NCBI GenBank assembly: GCA_964016885.1 | Contig: OZ024743.1 | Span: 250,852,001-250,916,000, forward strand | Reading direction: 5' to 3' | Source of the DNA: Eledone cirrhosa | Taxonomy: Eukaryota | DNA: 64,000 bases | In this document: piece by piece, positions 37,613-53,627 of the stretch | How positions within the stretch are numbered: the stretch's first letter is position 1 | Layout: the number at the start of each line of letters is the position of its first letter | Made by a program: the position numbers and the translations under genes | The notes under the pieces: generated by a model | Database searches by the model: none | Told to the model about the DNA's origin: nothing | The model's input: the letters and a program-made list of their open reading frames with translations, nothing else

Positions 37613-38992
37613 CAGAAGGGATATTCAATTTGTTGTGGTAATTCAACAAATATAAATGCTTATAACTGATTCAGAGCACTCTACATAGACATTGAGTGTG
37701 ATGAAGCGTGTGCAGGGATGGATTAAGCAGTACATGTTCAATAACATCAAGGGAAGATCACCCCTATTTTATTCAAATTGAATATAATTCTCATTCCCCA
37801 CCCCAAAGTTTTGCTAACTTTATACATGGGAGAAATCATGAATTGACAGAATCTTTAGGGTATCAGCTAGAACCTGTTGTAGTGTTCATTCTGTCTTTTT
37901 GTACTCTGAGTTCAAATCCTGCCAGGGTCAATATTACCTTTCGTTTTTGAGTCAATAAAAAAAGTATCAGTTCTGTACGGTGGGGTGTTTCATCCTCTAT
38001 GTCTTCTCACTTTTTCTCCTTTTCTGGAAAGAATCAGCTTTGTTCATACCTGGAGAGAGATAGGCCTTACCAAGTTTAAAATGCCCAAGACATGCATACC
38101 ATATATCAATATAGTGTCACTGCAACTCTGCGAGGAGTCATGGGTGTAAACACATATGAAAGGCACCATAAGTGCTTAGGCCCTCAAAAAGATTTAACCC
38201 AGCCATGAATTGTTGACAAGATACAATCCATTTGATGGGCTTCTTTACAATTTCTATTTTCACTAATATTTTCAGATCATTTAAATCTATGGTAAATTAT
38301 ATTTGTTCAAGATTGAAGCTGGAACCATATAGACTTGAAGTGAACTCCCCAACTACTTAACTATGATTATAGTAATATATAACCTTAAATTCCCATAAAT
38401 AAAAATATATAGCATAGCTGAGTTGGTAAGATGTTCACTTCACAATCATTAGGTTCTGGGTTCAATCCCAGTGCATGGTATTTCATGGAAGTAACCTGCA
38501 TCATAACCTTAAGCTTACCCATAACTTATAAGTCAAATTTGGTAGATCGAATAGGCTTAATCAGATGGACTGTAACCTGGAATTTTAAAGGGCCATTCTT
38601 GTCACACAATGTGTTATACTTGAATTTTCCTGAAAATATCTGTGGTATGTTCAAGGACTTTGCATGCTAATTGAATGAATAGGCCATACATCAATCACAG
38701 TTTGAGAGTCCATCATATATATATGTGTGTGAGCATCCGTGCATGCATGAGTGTGTGTGAGTGTATCATCATCAACATCATCATTACTATCTAATGTTCA
38801 ATTCCCATGCTTGCATAGGTTAAACGGGTCGTCTGTATCGACAGAGAAGTCTGGCCAGAATTGATCCTGCTGTATCTTGCTCTAATGGGATTCTAAATTC
38901 GGCTGGGATTTTTTACCTCTGGATGCCCTGCCTAACACCAACCACATTTACATATGTGTGTGTATATATATATGTATCTCTTTCTCCTCCTC

Positions 38993-39049
<57 letters not shown>

Positions 39050-39058
39050 TATATACAC

Positions 39059-39106
<48 letters not shown>

Positions 39107-39508
39107 GTAGTTTCGAAAAAAGCATGCATCATTAAGTCTTTTAAATATAAATACATTAAATATATGTATGTATACATGTGTGTATATGTACGTATGTATG
39201 TGTACCTTTATTCACTGAAACCATTGAGATTTCCAGAGGTTGACTGAGAAGATTAAACTGTCCATCTTTCCATTGTTTTCTCCATTGTCCTGTGCACCCC
39301 TATTTTCAATATATATATATATATATACACGTGTGTGTGTATGCAAGTGTGCATGTACGTGTGTATTTATTTACATATAAGTCTCTCTGACTCTGTGAGT
39401 GTCTCCTGGAAATGAATAAAAAAGATAGATGAAATATGCAGCCACACAAGTGTAAGTAATGAAAGTGATAGCAAAAACGACTGTGAGAGTAGATATGCAA
39501 ACATTCAT

Positions 39509-39557
<49 letters not shown>

Positions 39558-39695
39558 CATATATACATGTACATATACATACATACAAGTTTACATATGT
39601 ATATATACACATATGTATACATACATGTAACATATATACATGCATACATATATACACACATGTATACACACATGTATATATACTGTATGTATGTA

Positions 39696-39744
<49 letters not shown>

Positions 39745-39880
39745 CTACAGATGTGTGTAAATGTTGGATAAGTACTTTGTTTTCTTATGTGTGTAATTCT
39801 GATGTTTTCCCTTTGATCTGTGCACATATCACTTTACTTTTCTTTATTACTCTCTAATAAAGAGATAGATACTCACTCAC

Positions 39881-39971
39881 TTTACCATATTCCTGCCCCT
39901 CTTCCTCCTCCTCATCATCATCATCGTCATCGTCATCATCATCTTTCACCTCAAAGGGAGAGCAAGCCTGG
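39881..39971 (-). CDS. Candidate internal exon encoding QACSPFEVKDDDDDDDDDEEEEEGQEYGK
   Basis: Acceptor TTCTCTCTCTGTCAG, donor GTGAGT (alternative GTAAAG), open acidic frame using mixed GAT/GAC/GAG/GAA codons. Confidence 0.35.
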
Positions 39972-40599
39972 CTGACAGAGAGAGAATATGTAAAACAACA
40001 GCATTTCAGAATTATCAGACAGTGAAATAATACTTACTCTATATTAGTGCTATCATTATTGAATATGTATATTCAATAATGTCCATTGGAAGGAAGAAGG
40101 AAAAAAGGCACTCATTATATTGCAAAAGAGCTAACTTTTTATATATTATAGTGATTCATATCCATAACTTATATTGCACTACCTTAGGTTTTAAGGCGTA
40201 GGTGTGGCCACACATACAGTCTGTATATTGTGATGCAGAATGTATGGAGGAGCAGGAAAAGACATTAGGCTTCCATCATCAGGTACAGTTAGAATGTTTG
40301 AACAATATGCCATCATAAAGTTGCATGTGAAAAGAGGCAGTAATATAGAAAATTTTGTTGATATCTGAGTTAAGGTCCATATCACATTGATAAAAATCTT
40401 GAGTCAATCATCTGTGAAAAGTACGTAACATTTGATATGCAATAAAAGCATTATGAATTGAAACTTTTTTTTATCTCATACACAACATATATATATATAT
40501 ATATAGGAAAAGGTTCGGGACCTCAACGGCAGAGCTCAAGCCATTTCGACGGATATGTATATATATATATACAGGTATTTGTAAAGATATAAATACCCT

Positions 40600-41675
<1,076 letters not shown>

Positions 41676-43149
41676 GTGGAATGGGCTGACAAGTGTATAC
41701 TGAAAGTTTTCAGCTAAGTTTAAGAGAAAAAGATTTTCTTTCCTCTAACTAACCTAAACAGATGTGAGTCACAAAAGAAAGTTTTTGGAGTCTGGAGTTT
41801 ACAGAAAATGTTCCTTCCTTATGACTCAGCTTTGAATACCAATAATCAAACGAACTAATTGGATAATCTTAATGAAAATTCACTTAATTCTTCAGCAGTG
41901 TGAAATAAAAGAGATAATTCGGTTCAATATCAATTGTATTGCACTGGGGTGTTTGTTGATGTTGATGCAGATTCTATAAATTTCTTTCACCATTCCTGCA
42001 AGGACAAAGAAACCAGAATGCTCAAGCTATCGTAACTAAATAGACGAGAAATGACAACTATCGGAATTTAGAAATTTGCTAGCAATAGGAAAGTTTGGGA
42101 AATTATTGGAAAGATCCATTTATAGACAGCAACAGAAGAGAGAAACATACTTATTGTGATGTGTGTTTGTTGCTTCAGATAACTAATTTTACTATTTACG
42201 AGTTGCTGGCGTTCGTTTGCAGAGTTAATGACTGATTCAGGAAGGCTTGTGTGTGTAAGTATGTGTGTAAGTATGTGTATGTATGCATGTGTGTGAGTAT
42301 TAGTAAATGTGAGTATAAGTATGTGTGTGTATGTATGTGTGTAGGTATTTGCACGTGTGGGTATAAGTATGTGTGTGCATGTGCTTATATGTGTGTGTGA
42401 TTGTAAATATGTGTGCGTATATGTATGGGTATTAGTACGTGTACGTGAGTTTATATGTGTGTAATTGTAAATAAATGTGTGTAGATATTAGTATGCATGT
42501 GTATAAGTATGTGTGTGTACGTGAGGTTATGTGTGTGTACGTGAGGTTATGTGTGTGTGTGATTGTAAATATATACATGTATGTGTGTGTATATGTGTAA
42601 GAATGTCTGTGTGTATGTAAATCTCTGTGTGTAAGTATGTATGTAAAAGTATGTAAGTGTGTAAGTACCAATAAGTGCATGTATATCTGTGTGAAAGTAT
42701 ATATGTGTGTGTATATGTGTAAGAATGTCTGTGTGTAAGTATATATGTAAAAGTATGTAAGTACCAGTAAGTGCATGTGCGTGTATATCTGTGTGAAAGT
42801 ATGTATGTGTATAAGCATGGAAGTGTGAGTATAAGAATGTGTATGCATGTGTATGCATGTGTATGTATGTGTAGGCATGTGTGTGTGGTATTAAGTAAGA
42901 GTTTTATTGGATTAAAAATAAAAATAACATAAAAAGCTTAAAATTCTGCTTAGCTAATCAGTGAATATTGAATTAGAAGTGTTTTCTCTCCCACCTCTCT
43001 CTCTCTCTCTCTCTGTCTCCACATGGATGGACTTTTCTTTGCTGTCCACATCACGTCATTCACTGGATCCTCGATTCTTCTTCTTCACACAAAGAAACTG
43101 AGAAACCCATACAAAAACATACACACGCAAACACTGACACACTTGCATA

Positions 43150-44027
<878 letters not shown>

Positions 44028-44153
44028 TTGTTATGCTTTGGGAGGGTCATGTTGCCAATAAGAAACACACGCACCAGTTGCTTTCACTTCAATTTATTAT
44101 AAATTAAATTTATAAGTTTAGTATATAGTGGAGCCAGAACCAAATGGGAAAAA

Positions 44154-44816
44154 ATGGTAAATAATGATACAAATGTGACCTGCCCCTTGTATAGGAGCAA
44201 ATTTTGGAATAGAATAGAAAGAACTAGGAATAAGGTTAATAGAATAAACTCATGGTATAATAGCAATAAATACCAGAGTGTAATGTTCATCAATACAAAC
44301 CCTAGAGGTGAATTAGCTTACAAATTTAGAAGGGCCCTAGATAAACATAAACTCAATATTAAGATAGTAGAAAGACCAGGTACCTTCATAAAAACACTTA
44401 TTAGCAATACATACCCTTTTCAAAGACCTCCCTGTATAGATAAGGAATGTATAATCTGTAAACTAAGCTCCTATATTAACTGTAAAACTAGAAATGTAGT
44501 ATATAGCATAAGATGTACTGAAGGACAATGTAGATATAAGAATATAGTGTACATAGGTGAGACAGCTCGTAGTATAGGAGAACGGATAAATGAACACTGG
44601 CGAGAGCTTCAAGATAGTAAAGAATCATCTGTCATCCACCAACATGCTAAAATAGAAAATAAGGGTAAATTAGAGAACATAGAAATAAAAATAGAATCTA
44701 CACACAGAAAAGACGCAATGTTTAGACAAATCACAGAGGCAATAAACATAAATGAACTCCAACCAAAATTAAATAGAAAGCATGAATGGAATAGCAACAT
44801 CACAACTTACAATTAA
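44154..44816 (+). pseudogene. C-terminal part of Penelope ORF: Cys-rich linker plus GIY-YIG endonuclease (RT lost by 5' truncation)
   Basis: CIDKECIIC..C..NVVYSIRC..C..YIGETARSIGERINEH..H..RQITEA.NI...PKLN. Confidence 0.92.
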
Positions 44817-45013
44817 GGGCAAAATGAAAACACACACGCACAGAACAAACAACCAAACAGTAACATGTAAATAAACAAATAAAAAAACAAATATAAACAC
44901 ACAGAGACACCCGGATGTAACACATGCGCAATCTAAGCACACAACACACACAAAAACAAGATGGCGTAGGACAGAACAAAGGAGAGGCACAAAAACAAAG
45001 AAAAGAATCCTCA

Positions 45014-45056
45014 GTCACTGAAGAGGTCACAGAATGTGTGACGAAAGAACTTTGAC
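45014..45056 (+). ncRNA. Minimal type I hammerhead in the Penelope 3' region
   Basis: GUCA-CUGAAGA-G-GUCAC(AGAAUGU)GUGAC-GAAA-GAAC-UU-UGAC; sense to the ORF. Confidence 0.78.
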
Positions 45057-45239
45057 AATCGTCTGGTTGTGGAACCAACCAACCAACCGGAAAATTATAA
45101 ATTTAATTTATAATAAATTGAAGTGAAAGCAACTGGTGCGTGTGTTTCTTATTGGCAACATGACCCTTCCAAAGTATAACAATATCGGTTTCAACACACG
45201 TTTTCAGATGAAGAATCTTGCTAAACAAATTCAGAAACG

Positions 45240-45316
<77 letters not shown>

Positions 45317-45705
45317 GGTATATATACATAAGTGTATATGTGTGTATACATATGTGGGTGTATATATACATATGTATATATATATATCTTCTTTTCTTTT
45401 GTTGTAACTCCTGATGGAGTCGTAAGGGCACCGTATTGACATGGCATTTCAAGGGTATTTTTAAACCTGGCAGAGTCCATCTATTCTCCATGTCTGAATA
45501 AAGCCACTTTCTTCCAGAGAAAGACAGCGAATGAGAGAATGGAAGTGAGAAAGAGATATAGGGGAAAAATTGACCCCAGTGCTTGACTGGTATGCTTTTT
45601 ATTGACCTTGACTGGATAAAAGTTAAATTTGTCATCAGCCAATGAGAAAGACAGCCTTAACGAATACCACGAATACAACAAAGCATTCTAATGACTCAGC
45701 CAATT

Positions 45706-45739
<34 letters not shown>

Positions 45740-45743
<4 letters not shown>

Positions 45744-48700
45744 TCATCATCATCATCATCAGCATCATCATTTTACGTCCGCTATTCCCTGCTTGCAAGG
45801 GTGGGATGGGTCTTATTCAGCACAGCATCTCTCCACTCGTCACGGTCCTTCGTCATCTCCACCGTGAGTTTCACCGATCTGAGGTCTGTTCTCACCACCT
45901 CCGCCCATGTCTTTCGTGGTCTACTTCTACCACGTCTTCCTTCAACTGGCACTTCTTTACCCATCGGTCATCCTCCATGCGCATCACATGTCCATACCAC
46001 ATCAGTCTCCTCTCCCGTACATTACATTCTATCCCTCTCAGACACAGTTTCTCTCTCAACACATTTATGCTGGGTCGTTCACGCACATTTACACTGCACA
46101 TCCTACGGAGCATGCTTGCCTCATTTCTCTCCAGCCGTTGCATATCCTCTGCAGTTGCAGCCCATGTCTCACTACCATGCAGCATCGCGCTCCTCACACA
46201 GGCATCATATAACCGGCCTTTCGTACGCAGGGAGAAACCCTACTTCGTCAACAGAGGAAGCAGCTCCCTAAACTTCTTCCAACACGTCCTTATTCTAGAT
46301 ACTATGGCCTCGGAACACCCTCGTCACATGCTAATCTGATCTCCTAGGTACCGGAAGCTATCCACCACTTCTATAGCGCCCTCCTGCATTTGAAAAATGT
46401 GTCTATCAATGCGACTTCTACAATCTAATTTCCCTGTACATCTACTGCATACATATTTCTCCCTACCTGTTAGTTTGCCTGCTATCCCGCTGCATCGCTT
46501 GTGTACCCAGGATCTGCAGTGTGTGCATTTTATAGAATTTATGCCAGTTCCTTTTCTGCATATCGAACATGGCCATTTCCCTGACGGAAACAGGGTTTTG
46601 TCCTCTTTTCTACTCATCAACACTTTTGTCTTAGCTAGGTTCACTCTCAGTCCTCTTGCTTCCAACTGCTGTTTCCATAGCCAGAATTTATTCTCTAGCT
46701 CCTCTACTGATTCTGCTATAAGAACCAGATCGTCAGCATAGAGAAGTTCCCATAGACAGCCAGTCTTAAACTCCTCTGTTATGGCTTGGAGGACTATAAT
46801 GAACAAGAGCGGGCTACGGACCGAACCTTGATGTACTCCTACTTGTATCTGGAATTCCTCACTAAACTCCATTCCTACCCTGACTTTACTGACAGTACCT
46901 CTGTACAAAGTTTGCACTGTCCTCACAAACTATTCCTCAACACCTAGCTTCCTTAGGGACCACCAGATGACAAAGGCCTTCTCTAGGTCAAAAAAGGGTA
47001 AGTATAGTGGCTTATTTTTCTCTAAGAACCTCTCTTGCAATTGTCTCACCAAGAAGAGAGCATCTATTGTACTCTTCCCAGGCACAAAACCAAATTGCAT
47101 CTCATCTAGTTTGACCCTTTCTCTAATTAGTTGTGCTAATATCCTTTCTGCAACTTTCATAACCTGATACATCAGTTTCATACCCCTATAATTGCTCCTC
47201 TCCAGAGCATCCCCTTTACCTTTGTAGCAATTTATGAGAAAACTGCTGCATCAGTCTTTGGGTATGACACCACCATATATAGCCTGTTTGATGATGCGTG
47301 CAACCAGCTTAGTGCCTACGTCCCCTGATGCCTTCAGCATCTCAGCAACTATTTACCAATGGTCCAGCAGCCTTACCATTTTTCATTTCCTTAATCGCCT
47401 CTTGGACTCAATATTCGTCAATCTCAATAGCTCGTCCCTCTGTCGTATCTACTGAGGGTAATTTCTCTCTCTCCCATTCATTCTCCACATTCATCAGTCT
47501 CTCATAATGACATTTCCAGACTCCTTTTATGATCATTCGTGACACTAAGTACACGCTCCAGACACATTTATCTCCAACAACATCCTGATTTGCATTGACA
47601 CACTGCCTTGCAATGTGGAACACCGCACGCCTCTGATCTTCGCGTCGCAGAACATTGGCAAACCTCCTACTCTCAGCCTTCCTGCGTCCTAAGTACACCT
47701 GACGTCTACTTTCTCTCTTAGCGGCTGTATATTCTTCCCTACTCCCACCCTTTTTCCAAGCCTTCCATGCTAGTCTTTTGTCTCTAATGGCCTTATCTAC
47801 TGTGCTGTTCCACCACCAGGTCACTACCTGTCTAGTTGGAGTTCTGCTCCACCACAAGTTTCATCAGTAGCCTGCAGTAAGTTGTTACGTAAGAAATTCC
47901 AGTTATTATCTATGTCATACATCTCTAAATCGTCTTCTTTTTCATCATACACATCTCGAAGGGCTTTCCTAAATTTGTATTTTAGTGAAAGGTCTTTTAG
48001 CTTCCAGGCCTTTCTTCTCCACACCTTCCTGTATGTCTCATTCCATCTCTTGCTTACTGAGATATCACTAACGACTAACCTATGCTGTGGGGTACATTCT
48101 TCTCCAGGGTATACCTTGTTGTTAGACACTATCTGCCTGTCCCGCTGCCTAACTAGTAAGAAGTCAATCTGGCCTATGTGCTCGCCAGATTTGTAGGTTA
48201 TTAGGTTGTTGGCAGGTTTCTAGAAGTTTGTGTTGCAAATAGTCAGTGTACTTGCATCACAAAATTCAAGAAGTCTCACTCCTTCATTTGTTGAGCCGTA
48301 ACTGTGCCCACCATGTACCCTAGTGTAACCATCCTGGAGCTGTCTAACATGACCATTGAAGTCCCCCGCTAGCATAACAATGTCTCCATCCTCTGTCATT
48401 GCGGTTGTTTGTAAAAGTTGCTCGTAAAAGCAGTCTTTCTCATCTTTGCCTCAGCCTACTTGGGGAGCCTAGGCAGAGATGATTGTCAGTAGTCTCCTGC
48501 CTACAACTAATCTAAGCTTAATTATTCGATTACTAACTCGAACTACCTCTATTGTCTTATTGATCGATCTCTCAGCCAGGAAAATGCCTACTCCCCCTAA
48601 CCCATCACCCTTACCTACCCAGAAAAGCTTATAGCTAAGACGCTTGCCTACGACTAGTCTCGCAGAGGCACCTCTCCATCTCACCTCTTGCACGCAGCAC

Positions 48701-48960
48701 ACAGCCTTCTCTTCAGCATCTTCGCTATTTCAGCAGATTACCTCTGAGAGTGCCAACATTAAGTGTTGCAGCTCTGAGATGCGACGTCTTCATATTTTGT
48801 TGTTGTTCCTATTTGTTGCTGTGCTGATAAGCGTTTTGGCATTGATACACTGGTTGGATGCCCTTCCTAACACCAGCGCCACTTTACAGCATGGATGGGT
48901 GCTTTTATTTGTCACCAGCACTAGAGAGGATGTCTTACTAGACTCAAGGGCCCTCTCTAC
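45740..48960 (-). mobile_element. Near full-length disrupted RTE LINE (APE, RT, PHD-like finger)
   Basis: CVQEVRW, GVGIF and AGDFNGH (APE); QFGFVPGKST, DLEKAF, QGS and LLYADDLVL (RT); CSIC..CTHC..WVHKRC..CSRC; (TGA)n tail. Confidence 0.95.
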
Positions 48961-48969
48961 CTATATATA

Positions 48970-49200
48970 TTAATAATAAATACAAAGACTAAATCCAAAG
49001 AGGATTTGATAAGTGTTGTATATGTATATAAGTATATATAAACCTGTAGAGCAAATATTTATTATTAGTTCAGATTGAAAGTATAAGCAATAAAATTAAG
49101 CTTTCACTCTAAGCGGGATCATCTGAGACTGATAAGTTTCAGATGGTCCTGCTTAGGTTGAGAGCAGAAATTCATTGCTTATACTATTAATCAGTACTAA
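48970..49200. mobile_element. Diverged palindromic element with two back-to-back variant hammerheads
   Basis: Minus 49080-49130: AGUCU-CAGAUGA-UCCCGCUUAGAGU-GAAA-GC..GC-UU-AUACU. Plus 49135-49185 is a decayed counterpart. Confidence 0.7.
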
Positions 49201-49486
49201 TATATATATATATATATATATATAATCATCATCACCGTTTTACGTCCATTCATCCATGCTAGCATGGGTTAGACGGGTTGTCCTGTTGTGGGCAGTGCCT
49301 GGTCGGCTGACCATCTCTTGCTCATATTGGAACTGATTCTGGCTTGATGTATACAGCTGGATGTCCTTCCTAACACCAACCTCATTTACAGTGAGAGCTG
49401 GATGCTTTTTCCCCGTGGCGCCTACACGTCAATTTTACATATATATATATATACACATATACATATATACACATATATATATGTAA

Positions 49487-50645
49487 AATCGGCTTGTAAA
49501 TATAAATTGCACAAAACTTTCCTGTATTACAGCCCCACGTTATACCCTAACGGATAGTACGATCTATACGTGGATATTTTACGTCTTGATGTGGTAGCTA
49601 AGTATATGTTTTGTTTATACCATTACGTATTTGCATAGGTAAGTATATATTACCTGTATGTTTTGTGAAGGTACGTATACTTTCTCGTACGTATATTTGA
49701 TTGTATATGTTATGGCGTATATTTTTATATATTCTGGTACATATGGTTTGGTTATGTGTATACGGGAGTTTTGCGTCTGTGTGAGTATGCAGGTTCGTAC
49801 GTATGTAGGGTGTGTGTATATGTGTACTTCATGTTTTGGTTGACTTTCGTCTCCGAACATTTGTGTATTTACATGTAGGTATGTGTGTGCGCTTGTTATA
49901 TACGTATTAATTTATTTATATACGTTTATTTAATTATTTATTTATTTGTATACACGCACACACACACACCCATATTTATATGTGCGTGGTTTTGTATACC
50001 TATGGTAAGTGTTTTCGCGTATGCTTGTTTATGTACGTATTTGTATGCGTGTATGTATTTATTTAATTTCTATTACCTCTGTATTGTATTTATTTACTGT
50101 ATTCTTAACTCTGAAGCGGAGATTCATTCGCTCTCCTAGTTAGAATTTTAGTCTACGTCTTCTGCTATACCATTTACATGGTTTTGTCTTTGCGTGCAAT
50201 TGTTCTCCACGCTCCACATATGACGTATTATCTTCGTTTTTTTCGTTCATTGCCAGAGAACATCTCTATGAACCACCTAAAAGTACATTAGTCAACGACC
50301 TCTTTTATACCATAAACGTGGTTCTGTCTTTGCGCGTAATTGTTTTTCACCGCTCCTATTAATGACGTATTATATTAGTTTTTTCCCGTTCTTTGCCAGG
50401 AACGTTTCCACGAACCAAAATATCGTCTTCCTGTCTTCCTCCGGTTGCAACGTTTTTTGAAATATCCACTTCTGCGTTTACAGATTGACTTTGTTAGTTT
50501 CAGAAGATCCCGTTAAGGGTGAAAGCAGCGATTCTTTGCTTAAATTTTAATAAATATTTGCTCTACGGTTCATATATATTTGATATATATTTATCCTTAT
50601 CGAGCCCTCTTTGGATTTTAGTCTTCAAATTTATTATTATTACTA
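49487..50645 (+). mobile_element. Penelope-like family A copy (variant hammerhead at 50496-50546)
   Basis: Near-identical to 16448-17605; TA flanks. Confidence 0.9.
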
Positions 50646-50652
50646 TATATAC

Positions 50653-50686
<34 letters not shown>

Positions 50687-50843
50687 CTAAGGCGGGTAAA
50701 ATTCCCGAGATCCATGGACGAGTTCTCTCCAGCGGTCTCTGTCCCTCATTATCGCTGCCATGTCCTGTGTCTCCAGCAGACCAGTGTCTGTCCTTAGGGC
50801 ATCAACATACGTTAACCTTGGTCGTCCTCTTCTAGTGTGTCCA
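50687..50843 (-). mobile_element. 3' end of a third RTE-like family (second copy at 56895-57145)
   Basis: [14 protein letters not shown]......MRDRDRWR. Confidence 0.75.
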
Positions 50844-50889
50844 TATACATATATATATATATATATACACACATATATATAAATACACA

Positions 50890-50929
<40 letters not shown>

Positions 50930-50930
<1 letters not shown>

Positions 50931-53143
50931 TCTAATTTGAGTCATATATATATATATATCTTCTAATTTGAGTTATATATATATATATATATCTTCTAAT
51001 TTGAGTTATATATATCTATCTTCTAATTTGAGTTATATATATCTATCTTCTAATTTGAGTTATATATATATATCTTCTAATTTGAGTTATATATATATAT
51101 CTTCTAATTTGAGTTATATATATATATATATCTTCTAATTTGAGTTATATATATCTTCTGATTTGAGTTATATATATATATATATATCTTCTAATTTGAG
51201 TTATATATATATATATATCTTCTAATTTGAGTTATATATATATATATATCTTCTAATTTGAGTTATATATATATATATATCTTCTAATTTGAGTTATATA
51301 TATATATCTTCTAATTTGAGTTATATATATATATCTTCTAATTTGAGTTATATATATATATATATCTTCTAATTTGAGTTATATATATATATCTTCTAAT
51401 TTGAGTTATATATATATATCTTCTAATTTGAGTTATATATATATATCTTCTAATTTGAGTTATATATATATATATATCTTCTAATTTGAGTTATATATAT
51501 ATCTTCTAATTTGAGTTATATATATATATATCTTCTAATTTGAGTTATATATATATATATATCTTCTAATTTGAGTTATATATATATATCTTCTAATTTG
51601 AGTTATATATATATATATATCTTCTAATTTGAGTTATATATATATCTTCTAATTTGAGTTATATATATCTTCTAATTTGAGTTATATATATATATCTTCT
51701 AATTTGAGTTATATATATATATATATATCTTCTAATTTGAGTTATATATATATATATATCTTCTAATTTGAGTTATATATATATCTTCTAATTTGAGTTA
51801 TATATATATATCTTCTAATTTGAGTTATATATATATATCTTCTAATTTGAGTTATATATATATATATATCTTCTAATTTGAGTTATATAAATATATATAT
51901 CTTCTAATTTGAGTTATATATATATATCTTCTAATTTGAGTTATATATATATATCTTCTAATTTGAGTTATATATATATATATATTTCTAATTTGAGTTA
52001 TATATATATATATATCTTCTAATTTGAGTTATATATATATATCTTCTAATTTGAGTTATATATATATATATATCTTCTAATTTGAGTTATATATATATAT
52101 ATATCTTCTAATTTGAGTTATATATATATATATATCTTCTAATTTGAGTTATATATATATATCTTCTAATTTGAGTTATATATATATATCTTCTAATTTG
52201 AGTTATATATATATATATCTTCTAATTTGAGTTATATATATATATCTTCTAATTTGAGTTATATATATATATATCTTCTAATTTGAGTTATATATATATA
52301 TCTTCTAATTTGAGTTATATATATATATCTTCTAATTTGAGTTATATATATATATCTTCTAATTTGAGTTATATATATATATCTTCTAATTTGAGTTATA
52401 TATATATATCTTCTAATTTGAGTTATATATATATATATATCTTCTAATTTGAGTTATATATATATATCTTCTAATTTGAGTTATATATATATATCTTCTA
52501 ATTTGAGTTATATATATATATCTTTTAATTTGAGTTATATATATATATATCTTCTAATTTGAGTTATATATATATATTTTCTAATTTGAGTTATATATAT
52601 ATATATATATCTTCTAATTTGAGTTATATATATATATCTTCTAATTTGAGTTATATATATATATATCTTCTAATTTGAGTTATATATATATATCTTCTAA
52701 TTTGAGTTATATATATATATCTTCTAATTTGAGTTATATATATATATCTTCTAATTTGAGTTATATATATATATCTTCTAATTTGAGTTATATATATATA
52801 TATCTTCTAATTTGAGTTATATATATATATATATATATCTTCTATTTTGAGTTATATATATATATCTTCTAATTTGAGTTATATATATATATCTTCTAAT
52901 TTGAGTTATATATATATATCTTCTAATTTGAGTTATATATATATATATATATCTTCTAATTTGAGTTATATATATATATTTTCTAATTTGAGTTATATAT
53001 ATATCTTCTAATTTGAGTTATATATATATATCTTCTAATTTGAGTTATATATATATATCTTCTAATTTGAGTTATATATATATATCTTCTAATTTGAGTT
53101 ATATATATATATATATTTCTAATTTGAGTTATATATATATATA
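50930..53143. repeat. Tandem array of TCTTCTAATTTGAGT + (TA)n of variable length
   Basis: Nearly invariant 15-bp core; roughly 85 units (estimated from length). Confidence 0.97.
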
Positions 53144-53569
53144 TGTGTAGACAATAGGCTTCTGCACATTTTGTCTACTAAATTTCATTCACAAAGCATT
53201 GGACTACAGCTCCAGTGAAAGACAGTGGCCTAAGGTGCCACACACTGGGACTGAACCTGCAACACAGTCATTACAGAGTGAACCTCTTAACCACACAGCC
53301 ATGCCTACACTTATAATTGTGTTATTGCAACAACTAAATGTTAATTTATCTAAAGTATTAATTATTATAGATCCCTAATGACTATAATATTGAACATAAT
53401 GGTGGACCCAGTAGGATTAGATTAGAATTTATAAGTTCAATCCCTTGATACAACCACTAGCATTTCATGTGTCATGTGTACTATGTGGCTGTGGGTGAGG
53501 CATGCTAGGAAAATATATAAATTATCAGCCTGAGAGATTTTTAGAATCATCTGACCGTTCATTATCTTT

Positions 53570-53587
53570 GTCATTATCATCACTATG

Positions 53588-53627
<40 letters not shown>

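Larger units (their letters stand above)
44028..45242 (+). mobile_element. Penelope-like element family B (Naiad-like by inference) with inverted terminal repeat, in (TA)n
   Basis: 44028-44115 is the inverse of about 45095-45182; contains a GIY-YIG ORF and a hammerhead. Confidence 0.9.

Noticed and set aside
40191-40411. Coding exon after a good minus-strand acceptor
   Set aside because: Stops occur early in all three frames after the acceptor; at most a non-coding exon
44817-45242. SECIS element as described for some Naiad elements
   Set aside because: No AUGA..AA..GA hairpin pairs by eye and no in-frame UGA in the retained ORF; SECISearch on the full consensus would settle it
45410-45470. 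Hammerhead starting CTGATGG
   Set aside because: Core mismatch and no downstream GAAA or stems
50930-53143. CRISPR-like array
   Set aside because: Spacers are only (TA)n, the repeat is 15 bp, there are no cas genes, and the context is eukaryotic
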